Assembly (NCBI GenBank): GCA_963675495.1
Contig: OY776215.1
Coordinates: 1,664,001-1,728,000 of the forward strand
Origin: an uncultured Methanolobus sp.
GTDB lineage: Archaea > Halobacteriota > Methanosarcinia > Methanosarcinales > Methanosarcinaceae
Reading direction: 5' to 3'
Length of the DNA: 64,000 bases
The position numbers and the translations under genes were made by a program. The notes below the pieces were generated by a model, which was not told the DNA's origin, did no database searches, and was given only the letters and a program-made list of their open reading frames with translations. Shown one piece after another: positions 19,653-30,041 of this stretch (its first letter is position 1; the number at the start of each line of letters is the position of its first letter).

Positions 19653-21356
19653 TCACATCGATTCCGGTGCACCGATACCTAGTGTATCTAGAACACTTGC
19701 AAGAACTATTTTTGCACAGTTCACAAGAGCCAGCCTGCTTGCTCTTATATCATCCTCTTCAGCACTTACCACAGGCACGAACCTGTAGAACTGATTGAAG
19801 GAGTCAGCAAGTTCTCGGGCATAAGTTGCTATTGTATGTGGTTTCAGGTCTCTTGCACAAAGATCTATTATGCTGTCAAATGATGCCATTTTCTTGATAA
19901 GATCAATTTCAGTGTCCTCGGTAAGCAATGAGGGGTCGATCTTTTGGTCTGGATTCCACTTGCCTTCGTCCTCTGCTTTTTTCAGTATGTTACATGCCCT
20001 CGCATGGGAATACTGTATGAAGGGACCACCTTGTTTCTCAAAGTCAAGTGCCTCTTTCCAGTTGAACACCGTGGACTTCTCAGGGGAAACTTTCACAATA
20101 TCATACCTGACAGCACCAATTCCCACCATGTCAGAAACTTCTTTCTTGAAATCATCTGCCATTTCTGGTCTGCGTTTTTCGACTTCCGCATAAGCCTGCT
20201 GCTCTATCTGGTCAAGCAGGTCGTCAGCAGAGATGAATTTACCACGACGGGTACTCATGGAACCTTCAGGAAGTGAGACAAACTCGAATATTACAATTTC
20301 CGGCTCATGTTTGCCGATGGCATTTAGAGTTGCCTTGAGCTGACCGGATATGAGTTTATGGTCTGATCCAAGCACATCGATCATCCTGTCTGCACGTTCT
20401 CCTTTCCACTCATGGTAGGCAAGGTCACGTGTCGTGTAAAGGGATGTTCCGTCGCTGCGCTGTATGACCAGGGTCTTTTCAAAACCATAGTCAGAAAGGT
20501 CAACTACCAAAGCACCATTATCATCTTCGGTTCTTCCGGTTGCCTTTATCTCATCAACGATCTTGGAAACAGCACCTGAGCGGATGAAACCCGATTCATG
20601 TGGGAAATTGTCATGGCTGACATTCATGCGTAAAAGCGTTTGCTTGATGCCTGTTACAGCAAATTCTACAGCTTTATCAAAGCTTTTGATCGTCTCTTCG
20701 TCGCCACTTTCCACAAGTTGCATGCGTTTATCGATCTCAGCGATCTTTTCCGGATCTTCATTGAGCAAAGCATTTGCCTTGATGTAAACATCCGCTATTG
20801 CATGATCTGATTTTCTTGAACTGTCAAACTCAAAAAGTGAGAGGGCCCATGAAACAATGGCTATCTGACGACCCATGTCATTAACATAGTACTGGGTTTC
20901 AACTTCATAACCTGCTTTTTTGAGTATACGCACAAGTGTATCGCCAATTATGGAATTGCGTATGTGTCCAACATGAAGAGGACCATTTGGGTTAGCTGAA
21001 GTGTGTTCCAGCAGTATTTTACCCTGACAGAAATTGCCACCAAATGCCTCTTTTTCATCAAGTATAGCAAGTACCGTATTGTCAACATAATTGCGTCCTG
21101 CAGTTATGTTTATGTAAGGACCAACTGTCTTGATATCACCTATCAGGGATTCATCGGGCAATTCAATAGCTGCGACTATTTTATCAGCAAGCTCTTTTGG
21201 ATTGCTCTTTGCCTGTGCAGCCAGCCTGAAAGCGACCTTTGAAGCAATATCCGCATGCTGTGAAGACTCAAGTCCCAGGTCATCTGTTTCAAAACCTAGG
21301 GATCCAAGGGCATTCTCAAGAGCTTCCGTAACCTGTTTTTTAAATTCAAGGAACAA
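19653..21356 (-). CDS. argS: Arginine--tRNA ligase
   Basis: EHTSANPNGPLHVGH (HIGH), MSTRRG (KMSK-like), YSHARAC; TTG start after GGTG. Confidence 0.96.
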   Translation of the reverse strand: MFLEFKKQVTEALENALGSLGFETDDLGLESSQHADIASKVAFRLAAQAKSNPKELADKIVAAIELPDESLIGDIKTVGPYINITAGRNYVDNTVLAILDEKEAFGGNFCQGKILLEHTSANPNGPLHVGHIRNSIIGDTLVRILKKAGYEVETQYYVNDMGRQIAIVSWALSLFEFDSSRKSDHAIADVYIKANALLNEDPEKIAEIDKRMQLVESGDEETIKSFDKAVEFAVTGIKQTLLRMNVSHDNFPHESGFIRSGAVSKIVDEIKATGRTEDDNGALVVDLSDYGFEKTLVIQRSDGTSLYTTRDLAYHEWKGERADRMIDVLGSDHKLISGQLKATLNAIGKHEPEIVIFEFVSLPEGSMSTRRGKFISADDLLDQIEQQAYAEVEKRRPEMADDFKKEVSDMVGIGAVRYDIVKVSPEKSTVFNWKEALDFEKQGGPFIQYSHARACNILKKAEDEGKWNPDQKIDPSLLTEDTEIDLIKKMASFDSIIDLCARDLKPHTIATYARELADSFNQFYRFVPVVSAEEDDIRASRLALVNCAKIVLASVLDTLGIGAPESM

Positions 21357-21384
21357 AGATAACACCTACATTATAATTAATAAA

Positions 21385-22629
21385 TCAGACACCGGTATTG
21401 AATCGCAATATGGCCACTATTCCACCAAAAGCATTCAGGAGCTGAGAACCTTCTTCAAAGTCGGTTGATATGAACTCGACCTCTGTTGCCATCTGGTCCG
21501 CGAGTTCTGAGAGTTCATCAACGATGTCTACTCTTTCAACTAGCTCAACGTTAGTTCCACAGACAGGACAGGCTCCACCAGAAGTATCCTGCTCCCCTGG
21601 TTTGAAATTGCGGGTGACCTTATCCTCGTAATCTCCATTGGGACATTTCAAAGTTAGTCTTTCTGCTCTTAGACCTTCAGATATCATCAAAATTTCCACT
21701 GCACCAATATCAAGGTTATTGCGAACCTGAACTTCACCATATGCAGCTTTCCCGGAGTCAGATACCAGTTCTGCAAGGAAACGCTGCATTAGCTTTTTCT
21801 CAACCATAAGATCGATATCTGCAAGCCTTTCACTGGCAGCATTGACAAGTTCTGAAAGTCCGGATTCATCGGTGTATGCAACATCAAAAAGTCCGAGCTG
21901 TTTTTTCAATAACTCATGGTGAAGGAATTCTCCCGACTCGAACTCTTCCTTTGTAGGAGACGGACCACCGATGAGAACACCCTGGAAGTCTTTATGATCC
22001 ACTGCCATGAAAACATCGCTCGCAGCATCACCTATTCGTTTGTAGAACTCATGGATGGCAATAAGCCTCAATTGCTGGAACCTGTGAGCACTCTGACCTC
22101 CTTTCCTCTGCTTCCCGGGAACTGTTGAGGTTAGGGTTCTAAAATGTTCTATGTGTTTTCCCACAAGAAGACCTACTGTTGCTTCTCTCCTGTCAAGGAC
22201 CAGCAGACCGTACGTCTTTACATCCCTTAACATCTCCTCAAGTGGCTCAAGGAAAAATGAGGAGTCGCAGTGATACCTGTATGTGACAATAGGCTGGGGT
22301 GGTTCGACTATGGTTGTTTCCATGCTAGTCTTGTTAGCACCTATATCCACAGCTCCTGTGAAAAAAACGATACCGTTCTCAGGAACTTCAACATACCTTA
22401 ATCTTGAAAGGAGGGATTCAAGAGCACCCTGTACGTTATCACGCGTCACCTTGGATTTGATGTTAGCAGCCTGGCCGTGTTCTCCTTTGAGCTGGGACGT
22501 AACATCAGATATGTGTTTTGAGGGAGGGATATACAAAGAAACTAGTTCGGTTCCACGTCCTTTTTTGACGCGTAGATTCTCTAATTTCTTTTTGAATTCA
22601 TATTTTGAATGAGCGGATTGTTCTGACAT
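21385..22629 (-). CDS. prf1: Peptide chain release factor aRF1
   Basis: GTELVSLYIP, NIKS, YxCxxxF (YHCDSSF), GGQ motifs. Confidence 0.96.
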   Translation of the reverse strand: MSEQSAHSKYEFKKKLENLRVKKGRGTELVSLYIPPSKHISDVTSQLKGEHGQAANIKSKVTRDNVQGALESLLSRLRYVEVPENGIVFFTGAVDIGANKTSMETTIVEPPQPIVTYRYHCDSSFFLEPLEEMLRDVKTYGLLVLDRREATVGLLVGKHIEHFRTLTSTVPGKQRKGGQSAHRFQQLRLIAIHEFYKRIGDAASDVFMAVDHKDFQGVLIGGPSPTKEEFESGEFLHHELLKKQLGLFDVAYTDESGLSELVNAASERLADIDLMVEKKLMQRFLAELVSDSGKAAYGEVQVRNNLDIGAVEILMISEGLRAERLTLKCPNGDYEDKVTRNFKPGEQDTSGGACPVCGTNVELVERVDIVDELSELADQMATEVEFISTDFEEGSQLLNAFGGIVAILRFNTGV

Positions 22630-22791
22630 TGTGTGAATACTCCGGTTAAAATGAAGAGATAATCTATATCTTCGATTATTTTTGTTGCCTATGTATACGT
22701 TGCTATAAATATAGATTGTGACAGAAGTTGTGGCAGGTGGGCATTGTAATTCTTTTACTGAAAAATAATATAAATCATGTAATATACTATA

Positions 22792-23730
22792 TTACATAAG
22801 ATGGGAAACAGAACCATCTTTAGAGAGCAAAACGACCCTGCTAACTTCTACGTCTTCTGCAACCTTGTAAGCAAGGTTTTCGGCCAGTTTTACTGAGAAA
22901 TCCATCACTTCATCATGGGAAGGCATTGCTTCACGAGGGAGCCTCTTTCTTGAAAAACCAAGATGCATGTACGCTTTAACCTCTATATAATCAGGTTCCG
23001 CCAGTTTAATTAGCTCCGCATAACCTTCTGAATCGAACATATTGACACCTTTGATCAGTGTTATACGTATGACAGTTCTTGTTTCCTTTGTTTTGAGCAC
23101 TTCAAGGGATTTGAGAATGTTATCCCATAGTGAAGGTGATTTTGGGAGACAGACCTTTTCATATGTTTCCCTATCAGGAGCATCAAGGCTCATGTATAAC
23201 TGGGAAGGGTTTATCTTTTCCATCATTTCAGGAACTGTACCGTTACTCACAACAAAAGTAGTCAATCCCTGTTCTTTGAATTCTTCTACCAGTTCGGGAA
23301 GATGTGGAAAAAGTGTAGGTTCCCCTGAAAGAGATATGGCCACATGCTTGGGATCCTTGCCTTCATTCCAGCGTTCAGGCGGGGCTGAGTCTCCAAACCC
23401 TGATATAAGTTTTCTCTGGGACTCTATTGAAGACCCCACTATTTCCACTGGAGAGTCCCATCCAACAGGCATGGGTACGTCCACTTCTGTGGGCCTCCAG
23501 CAGTGCAGACACTTCTGATTACACATGAGTGTTGGCGTCATCTGAAGACAGCGGTGTGAATGGATGCCATAGAAAACGGACTTGTAACATTCACCTTCAT
23601 CCTTGATAGACCTTCTAAGCCAAAGACATGTCTTGACAGCAGAATGACTTCCTGCAAGACTGTATCCCTGTTTCTTCAGCAGACTTTTAAAGTCTGTTAT
23701 ATCCTCAGTTTTTTGTTTTCTTCTGGTCAT
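22792..23730 (-). CDS. taw1: 4-demethylwyosine synthase (radical SAM, TYW1/Taw1)
   Basis: HSAVKTCLW, SHRCLQMTP, CNQKCLHCWR, SLSGEPT, EVKAYMHLG. Confidence 0.92.
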   Translation of the reverse strand: MTRRKQKTEDITDFKSLLKKQGYSLAGSHSAVKTCLWLRRSIKDEGECYKSVFYGIHSHRCLQMTPTLMCNQKCLHCWRPTEVDVPMPVGWDSPVEIVGSSIESQRKLISGFGDSAPPERWNEGKDPKHVAISLSGEPTLFPHLPELVEEFKEQGLTTFVVSNGTVPEMMEKINPSQLYMSLDAPDRETYEKVCLPKSPSLWDNILKSLEVLKTKETRTVIRITLIKGVNMFDSEGYAELIKLAEPDYIEVKAYMHLGFSRKRLPREAMPSHDEVMDFSVKLAENLAYKVAEDVEVSRVVLLSKDGSVSHLM

Positions 23731-23828
23731 TTGATTTGTAGTTAATTTTCAGATATATATAATGAATGGAAAGGTCCTGAATGTGATTTACAGAAAAATG
23801 AACAGAGTGCCATTTAACAAAAATATAT

Positions 23829-24617
23829 ATGCATACGAGACTACTTTTAGGTATGAGCCTGCTGCGTAAACTCTATGATGATTCTCTCGATAAGAAAAAA
23901 ATAAGGAACACTGAAAAAAATGCTGTCGAAGCTTATAGCAAAGGACATGTACATCTCAAATTAGGATACTGTGAAGAAGCCATTGAATCTTACATCAAAG
24001 CTGAAGAACTGTGGAATTCCCTGGGAGATATATTTTCTGCGCAGGGAATGGATAAAGAAGCCTCAAGGGCATATACGCAGGCAGTTGATACATGGTTTGC
24101 CAGAAGTTTTGTACTTTATAAGATGGGGAAAAATGAAGAGGCATTGGAACTTATAGACAGAACCCTTGAAAAACATGCAACTAATCCTAAAATTTTTTGT
24201 AGTAAAGCACTGATTCTCTTTGAAAATGAAAAATATGAAGATGCTCTTAAATGCCTTGATAATGCTCTGGACCTGAATGTTGAAGACCCGGGTTCATGGT
24301 GCTACAAAGGTAACACTTTATGCAAACTTGGCAGATACGATGAGGCATTGGAAGCATATGATAGATCCATAGAATTGTCAAATCCTCAGACTTTTCAATT
24401 CCCCCGTTTCGCCTGGATATCAAAGAGTTCTTCCTCACAGATACTACCTGATTCTGCACAGGCATGGTATTGTAAAGGTGTTGCCCTTTTTGAACTTAAA
24501 AGATACGATGAAGCTCAAAGAGCACTCGGGAATCTACTGGAAATAGAACCGGAGTTTGAGGATGCAATAGAACTCAGGATATTTTGTTCCAAAAAATCAA
24601 AAATGGAATCAGATTGA
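23829..24617 (+). CDS. Tetratricopeptide repeat protein
   Basis: Repeated W..KG..L..LGRY.EA helices; alternative start ATG 23853. Confidence 0.85.
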   Translation: MHTRLLLGMSLLRKLYDDSLDKKKIRNTEKNAVEAYSKGHVHLKLGYCEEAIESYIKAEELWNSLGDIFSAQGMDKEASRAYTQAVDTWFARSFVLYKMGKNEEALELIDRTLEKHATNPKIFCSKALILFENEKYEDALKCLDNALDLNVEDPGSWCYKGNTLCKLGRYDEALEAYDRSIELSNPQTFQFPRFAWISKSSSSQILPDSAQAWYCKGVALFELKRYDEAQRALGNLLEIEPEFEDAIELRIFCSKKSKMESD

Positions 24618-24691
24618 AATAAAAAATAGTAATAGAAAATGAAAGGGAAAATTAGCTTTATTCCCTTCCCATTATTTTTCTATATGTGATA

Positions 24692-25711
24692 TCAATATTT
24701 GTGGCTCTTTGCCATCTCGATCATTGCCTGGAGGTTCTCGGTAGGAGTCTTGCTCACAATACCGCATCCTGGTGCCAGCAGACCAATTCCTGCATCCAGA
24801 ACCTTCTGTGACTGTTCCTTGATCTCCTCAGGTGTCCTGTTCCAGAGCATGTTAACAGGATCAAGGTTACCAACGATGACAGCATTTTTCACATTTCCTA
24901 CAGCAGTTGCAGCATCTACATTCTGGTCAACACTTATACCATCCACACCGCATGTTTCCATGACTCCAAGACCCTGGGTGGTGTCACCACAGACGTGCAG
25001 TACTGTTGGAACATTAAGCTCACGCATAGCATCACAGACCTTCTTGTGGAAAGGTACCACGAACTTCTCGTAGAACTCATTACCGATAAGCTGTGGACTT
25101 GCGGTTGGGTCAATGATGACCATTGTGTCTGCACCGTTCTCTACCATCTTCTTTGCATATGCAACACTGAACTCAGTTGTGAATTCCATGAGTGCAAGAC
25201 CAAATTCCTCCTTTGTCATAATAGCCATGAACCACTCGTCACCATTGATGTGCTGAGCGAGGGAGAAAGGACCGATCATGCTGCCCATAATAGGAAGTTC
25301 GCCTCCATACTTGTCTGCAAGGATCTTGATAGCATCACATACGACGTTGATCCTGCCGTTGTCAAGGGTGTAGCCTTTGAGCTTCTCGATGTCTTCCATG
25401 CTACTTACAACGTGACCAATCACGGATGGCTGCTGTACATCTGTACCATCTTTGATCTCACAGCCAAAGAACTCAGCTTCTGCGGTGATATCAAAAGGTA
25501 CACGTACAGCTTCAAATCCAACTACAGTGTGACCTGCTTCGGCAAGGGTTGCCATCTTTTGAGCGTCATAGTTTGCTTCAGGCCAGAAAGCGCCACAGGC
25601 TTCCATCTGTTCTACTGTTCCGGTCTGAGTTACGGATACTGCAGGCATCCTGTCAACTGGCTGACCGGTTAATGCACGTGCTAATCTTTCTTTTGGGGTA
25701 TATTCTGCCAT
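24692..25711 (-). CDS. mtbA: Methylcobamide:CoM methyltransferase (methylamine-type, copy 1)
   Basis: UroD-fold MtaA/MtbA family: Zn ligands HVCG and PGCG; adjacent to methylamine genes. Confidence 0.85.
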   Translation of the reverse strand: MAEYTPKERLARALTGQPVDRMPAVSVTQTGTVEQMEACGAFWPEANYDAQKMATLAEAGHTVVGFEAVRVPFDITAEAEFFGCEIKDGTDVQQPSVIGHVVSSMEDIEKLKGYTLDNGRINVVCDAIKILADKYGGELPIMGSMIGPFSLAQHINGDEWFMAIMTKEEFGLALMEFTTEFSVAYAKKMVENGADTMVIIDPTASPQLIGNEFYEKFVVPFHKKVCDAMRELNVPTVLHVCGDTTQGLGVMETCGVDGISVDQNVDAATAVGNVKNAVIVGNLDPVNMLWNRTPEEIKEQSQKVLDAGIGLLAPGCGIVSKTPTENLQAMIEMAKSHKY

Positions 25712-26393
25712 TATATTAAACTCCTATAGTGTAATATTGTCAAATGGTGTTCACTTAGATATATATTTTTCGATTACACACTCGACAAGTTTAAATATAT
25801 AGAGGAAACAAATCTGGCTGGAAAGACATAAATATGAGATAATGATCATTATTACAAAAGCTGCTTTTCAAAAAAGATAAAATAATAATGGCTTCTTTTG
25901 TATCTGTTTTTGAACCATCTGAGCAAAAGAAAGTAGCTCTGCGCAAACCCATACTTAAACAATATATTAAAAAATGATTAAAATTTAAGAAACTAATCTA
26001 AAAACTCAAAGATACATAAAATATAAATATGATATTTTGTGCATGTTTGGTTTAACGCCTTAATAAGAGAAAAAAAGGCACCTTCGTGAGAAGTACAAGA
26101 TGAAACCCTATAATTGAGATATCTAAAATTAAGCAAAAAATAATTGATTTGTCATCATGTTATTTTTTAAAAAGTTTTGTGCATTAAGAATTACTGTAAA
26201 ATAATGACTTGGGTGTCAAATCCAAATGTCTAAAATAATAGTAGCATGCTAATATAAAATACAAAATCAAGCACATACCATGGATTTACAGAAAAATATA
26301 AATATAAGAAACAAATCTGTTCTTTATTGTAAAACTGTAATGTATACCCTTTCACTTCTGATAGGGCTATTTTGTCTAACATAGGAGAATATC

Positions 26394-27767
26394 ATGCAAA
26401 ATATCTACAAATACCTCAAATATGCAATTGGGGGGGAAAAAAGAACAGAAAGGGAGCATGACATAAAAGTTTTCAAAAAATCAGAAGAATTAGCTCTTAA
26501 ATATGAGATAAAATATGATCCAAGAGTTTTTGTGCCTGATGATCTTGAAGCTGCAGATTCTGTATTTGAAGCCGGTATTGAACTTCTTCATTCTGTAGGG
26601 ATATTCTGTAGAAGCACCCAGAGAGTTATCAATATTGACGAAGAGGATATTTTGAAGGCTTTGAATACCACAAACCCTCTTGAAATTGGAAGACTTAAAG
26701 AAAAAGTAATAGTACCAAATCGTTATCCTATGGCTTCATTTCCACCTGTGGTCATTGGCGGTCCCATGGGAGGAAGCATATCAGAGGATAATTTCCTTTA
26801 CATTAACTTAAGCTCTGCACAGGAGAACGTTGTACAAGGGATCTACAGCGGAGCCATGAAACAATTTGGCGGAGAATATATACAACCAAAAAGCCCGTTG
26901 GAGATGCTTGCAGTTCTCAAAGCATCCAGAAATGAGAGACTGGCTACCAAAATAGCCGGTAGAGAAGGACTTGCTCTTATGGGTCCAAGCACCTCAACGC
27001 TTACAACATCATCTTTGCTTGTATCATCAGATGAACTTTATTCAAGTGCTGACCCCCAGGAAGTTTACATGGATGATTTGAAAGTGGACTATGAGACCCT
27101 GTCAAAATGCATTTATCATCAGGAACATGGTAATCACTACATATCAGGCCAGGTACCTGTTTTCGGAGGACCATGTATCGGTTCCCCTGAAGGACTTGCC
27201 ATCATAGATGTAGCTGAAACCCTGCAATCAAAAGTTCTGGCTCACTCCAGTATACACGCATCCGGTGCAGTACATTCTGAAACGGGCTCATCATCTGCCA
27301 AAGAGATACTGTGGGCATCAAATATGTCATCCCTTGCACTTTCCAGAAATATGAACTATTATACTGCAAGATACTACTGGAACTGTGCTGGCATCTGCAC
27401 GGACATGATGTTCTATGAGACTGCTGCACAGACTATTGGCGACACTGTATGCGGTAGGAACATACTGCTTGGACCTGCTGGCAGACTTGGAAGCGTCCCT
27501 GACCATTCATCCGGACTCGAATCTCGATTCATGGGTGAAATTGCCCAAATGGCAACCCACCTGACCCTCTCTGAAGCTAATAAACTCGTGGCAAAGATAT
27601 ATGCAAAATATGCTGATCGCCTCAAAACCCCACCACAAGGAAAATCCTTCGAAAAATGTTACAACATACGCTCTGAATACGATATGGAACCCACCGAGGA
27701 GTATCTGGCACTTTACAGGAGGATATCTTACGATATATTAGGAGACTTCCCTGGAGAACCGGTTTGA
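26394..27767 (+). CDS. MtmB-family methyltransferase paralogue lacking pyrrolysine (Met at the Pyl position)
   Basis: 457 aa, collinear with mtmB at 32451-33827 (FVPDD/FVPTD, GGPMG/GGPTG, SGLESRFMGE/TGMEARMMGE, GKSFEKCY/GKTFQECY); no in-frame TAG. Confidence 0.85.
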   Translation: MQNIYKYLKYAIGGEKRTEREHDIKVFKKSEELALKYEIKYDPRVFVPDDLEAADSVFEAGIELLHSVGIFCRSTQRVINIDEEDILKALNTTNPLEIGRLKEKVIVPNRYPMASFPPVVIGGPMGGSISEDNFLYINLSSAQENVVQGIYSGAMKQFGGEYIQPKSPLEMLAVLKASRNERLATKIAGREGLALMGPSTSTLTTSSLLVSSDELYSSADPQEVYMDDLKVDYETLSKCIYHQEHGNHYISGQVPVFGGPCIGSPEGLAIIDVAETLQSKVLAHSSIHASGAVHSETGSSSAKEILWASNMSSLALSRNMNYYTARYYWNCAGICTDMMFYETAAQTIGDTVCGRNILLGPAGRLGSVPDHSSGLESRFMGEIAQMATHLTLSEANKLVAKIYAKYADRLKTPPQGKSFEKCYNIRSEYDMEPTEEYLALYRRISYDILGDFPGEPV

Positions 27768-27999
27768 TCTGATATTTAATGACCTTTTTTCTATCAGATT
27801 GTATTTTTGTCTCCTGCACCAAAATATGTTATTCAAAGATATATAAATGGTCTTTTGATTCTATTTCAACCAATAAGAGGGTCGTTGAATCAAGGACTAT
27901 TTATAAGTGTACAACCTTGTCTTTTCGGGGTTTATTTTCAGCATAAGTTTTTCTAGTAGGATCAAGGACCCTAGCAATAGCAAGTTTGGGAAAATACGC

Positions 28000-29055
28000 A
28001 TGGTTACATCAAATGAAAAAAGCTCTATGGAAAAATTGCTGTTTGGTATGGGTGAACCAATTGCAACCATTCAAAAAAGTATATCTGACTTTGAATCCGG
28101 TAAAAGAGTGAATATCGCCATATTAGCTCCCCCTTATGCAGGAAAATCTCAACTTGTGGATGAAATTGTCAAAATGTATTCACATAAAGTAACAAAAGTC
28201 AGTTTTTCATCTATAATCAATAACAAGAATGAGATACCTTTGACTGAAGAATCTGCTAAGATTAATATATTTGATAATTGCCACTACCTGTATACGAGAA
28301 GCATCGGTGGATTCGATGTTATCAAAGAGTTTCTCAATATTATACTTTCTTCTGATGAAAAAATCCACATAAGCACATGGAATATCCACTCGTGGAATTA
28401 CCTTGATCAGGTATTGGACATAGGCAGATATTTCCCAGTACAAATAACGATTCCACCACTTGATCCTGCAGAGATGAAGGAATTCTTGCTTTCAGCATAT
28501 AAAGATAATGAAATACAGTTTGTGAATGACAGTGATGTAAGTGAGAAAAAAATATTTACTGCAGTTAAAAAACCAATTACAGAAAAGATTACCCATCGTA
28601 CTATAAATCTATACAGTCTACAAATCAACCATGTTGCCCTTAAAGCACTTCTACATAACAGAAAAACAGATGAAACTCCGGAATCCATTATCTTTAAAGA
28701 GATTACAAAGGTCTCACACGGAAATCCAGGGGTTGCAAAGGAAATATGGGACAAATGGCTAGAATACCCTGTGATAAAAACAAGTGGCAAGAATAACGAC
28801 TTCGATGCCATAGATCTTGATGATACGGGAAGATTTGTCCTTTACATTATATTGTCAATGGGCCATATCACAAAAGAAGAAATGAACAAAATTCTGTATA
28901 AGAGTCATAATGTAGATGAGATCGTAATTAATAAAATATTATTTGAAATGCTTGATCAGGATCTAATAACTATAAATGATGATTATTACAGTATAAAAAC
29001 AGAAAAACTATATCATGTTATCAAATATTTAGAGAAAATCCGGTTGGTGTGGTAA
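28000..29055 (+). CDS. P-loop NTPase-like protein with C-terminal helical/wHTH-like region
   Basis: APPYAGKS Walker A variant, IFDNCH Walker B-like, SHGNPG; ATG 28000. Confidence 0.6.
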   Translation: MVTSNEKSSMEKLLFGMGEPIATIQKSISDFESGKRVNIAILAPPYAGKSQLVDEIVKMYSHKVTKVSFSSIINNKNEIPLTEESAKINIFDNCHYLYTRSIGGFDVIKEFLNIILSSDEKIHISTWNIHSWNYLDQVLDIGRYFPVQITIPPLDPAEMKEFLLSAYKDNEIQFVNDSDVSEKKIFTAVKKPITEKITHRTINLYSLQINHVALKALLHNRKTDETPESIIFKEITKVSHGNPGVAKEIWDKWLEYPVIKTSGKNNDFDAIDLDDTGRFVLYIILSMGHITKEEMNKILYKSHNVDEIVINKILFEMLDQDLITINDDYYSIKTEKLYHVIKYLEKIRLVW

Positions 29056-29882
29056 TGGCTGAATTGGATGTTGAAACCATCGTCACGAATTTTGGGAACA
29101 TTGACACAAGTACTGTGCTTGTCTCTTTTGCCATCATAATCCTTGCCTACGTTCTTTCAAAGATAGTGGCATTTCTGCTGACAAAGTTTTCAGAAATGAC
29201 ATGGAAATACAGGTTACACTTAAAGAATATGATCTCTATTTCCAGGGTTCTCATTTATTCATTGGCTGTCTATTACATTTTAGCCTCTGTATTTGCACTG
29301 TCTTTGAACCAGCTGGTGATACTAAGTGGTTTTATTGGTGCTGTAATTGGATTTGGTCTGAGGAACCTTTTTGAGGATATTGCAGCAGGAATTATCATCG
29401 TAATGGAAAAACCATACCAAGTAGGAGACAGGATACAAATGGGTGACTACTACGGAGAAGTAAAGGATATAGGACTCAGAGCTACCCTTATTGTCACTCC
29501 TGATGATGATCTAGTGTCAGCCCCAAACAATCTTGTATTCACACAATGTGTGGCAAGCGGCAATTCAGGCAGTTCGGAAATGATGGCCACGCTGGACATC
29601 TATATAGAGAACAATTCTGATATCGAACTGGCAATGAAAATATTAAAAGAAGCCATTGTTACTTCAAGATTCGTATACATATCTCCCACCAGACCCGTTG
29701 TTATCCTTTTAAAGGATCACCCTTTCTACGTGAGTCTAAAAGCAAAGGCATACGTGAACGACCTCAGAGATGAATTCGTATTCAGATCAGATATAACCCA
29801 GAGAACCTGGAATGAATTCTATAAAAGAGGAATTAAACCACCTAAAGCAAATATTCTGAACTATGAGAATACAGCTGAATGA
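29055..29882 (+). CDS. Small-conductance mechanosensitive channel (MscS family)
   Basis: GFGLRNLFEDIAAG, PYQVGDRI, GEVKDIGLRAT; TAATG overlap with upstream gene. Confidence 0.9.
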   Translation: MAELDVETIVTNFGNIDTSTVLVSFAIIILAYVLSKIVAFLLTKFSEMTWKYRLHLKNMISISRVLIYSLAVYYILASVFALSLNQLVILSGFIGAVIGFGLRNLFEDIAAGIIIVMEKPYQVGDRIQMGDYYGEVKDIGLRATLIVTPDDDLVSAPNNLVFTQCVASGNSGSSEMMATLDIYIENNSDIELAMKILKEAIVTSRFVYISPTRPVVILLKDHPFYVSLKAKAYVNDLRDEFVFRSDITQRTWNEFYKRGIKPPKANILNYENTAE

Positions 29883-30041
29883 TGTAAGGAACAAAGAAGT
29901 AAGACATATTCTCTCTCTGTTCTTGGCTCTGAAAGAATCGTGCTCCCTGTACCAAAAATCCCTTTTTGAATATATTTTGTAATGGTGCGATAGTCACATC
30001 TTTTCTACATAGTACAATAACTATTATTACTTGCATAGACT

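Noticed and set aside
21385-22629. aRF1 near the Pyl genes as a specialised amber-blind release factor
   Set aside because: NIKS, YxCxxxF and GGQ look canonical and it sits in a housekeeping taw1-prf1-argS run; nothing visible supports altered specificity.
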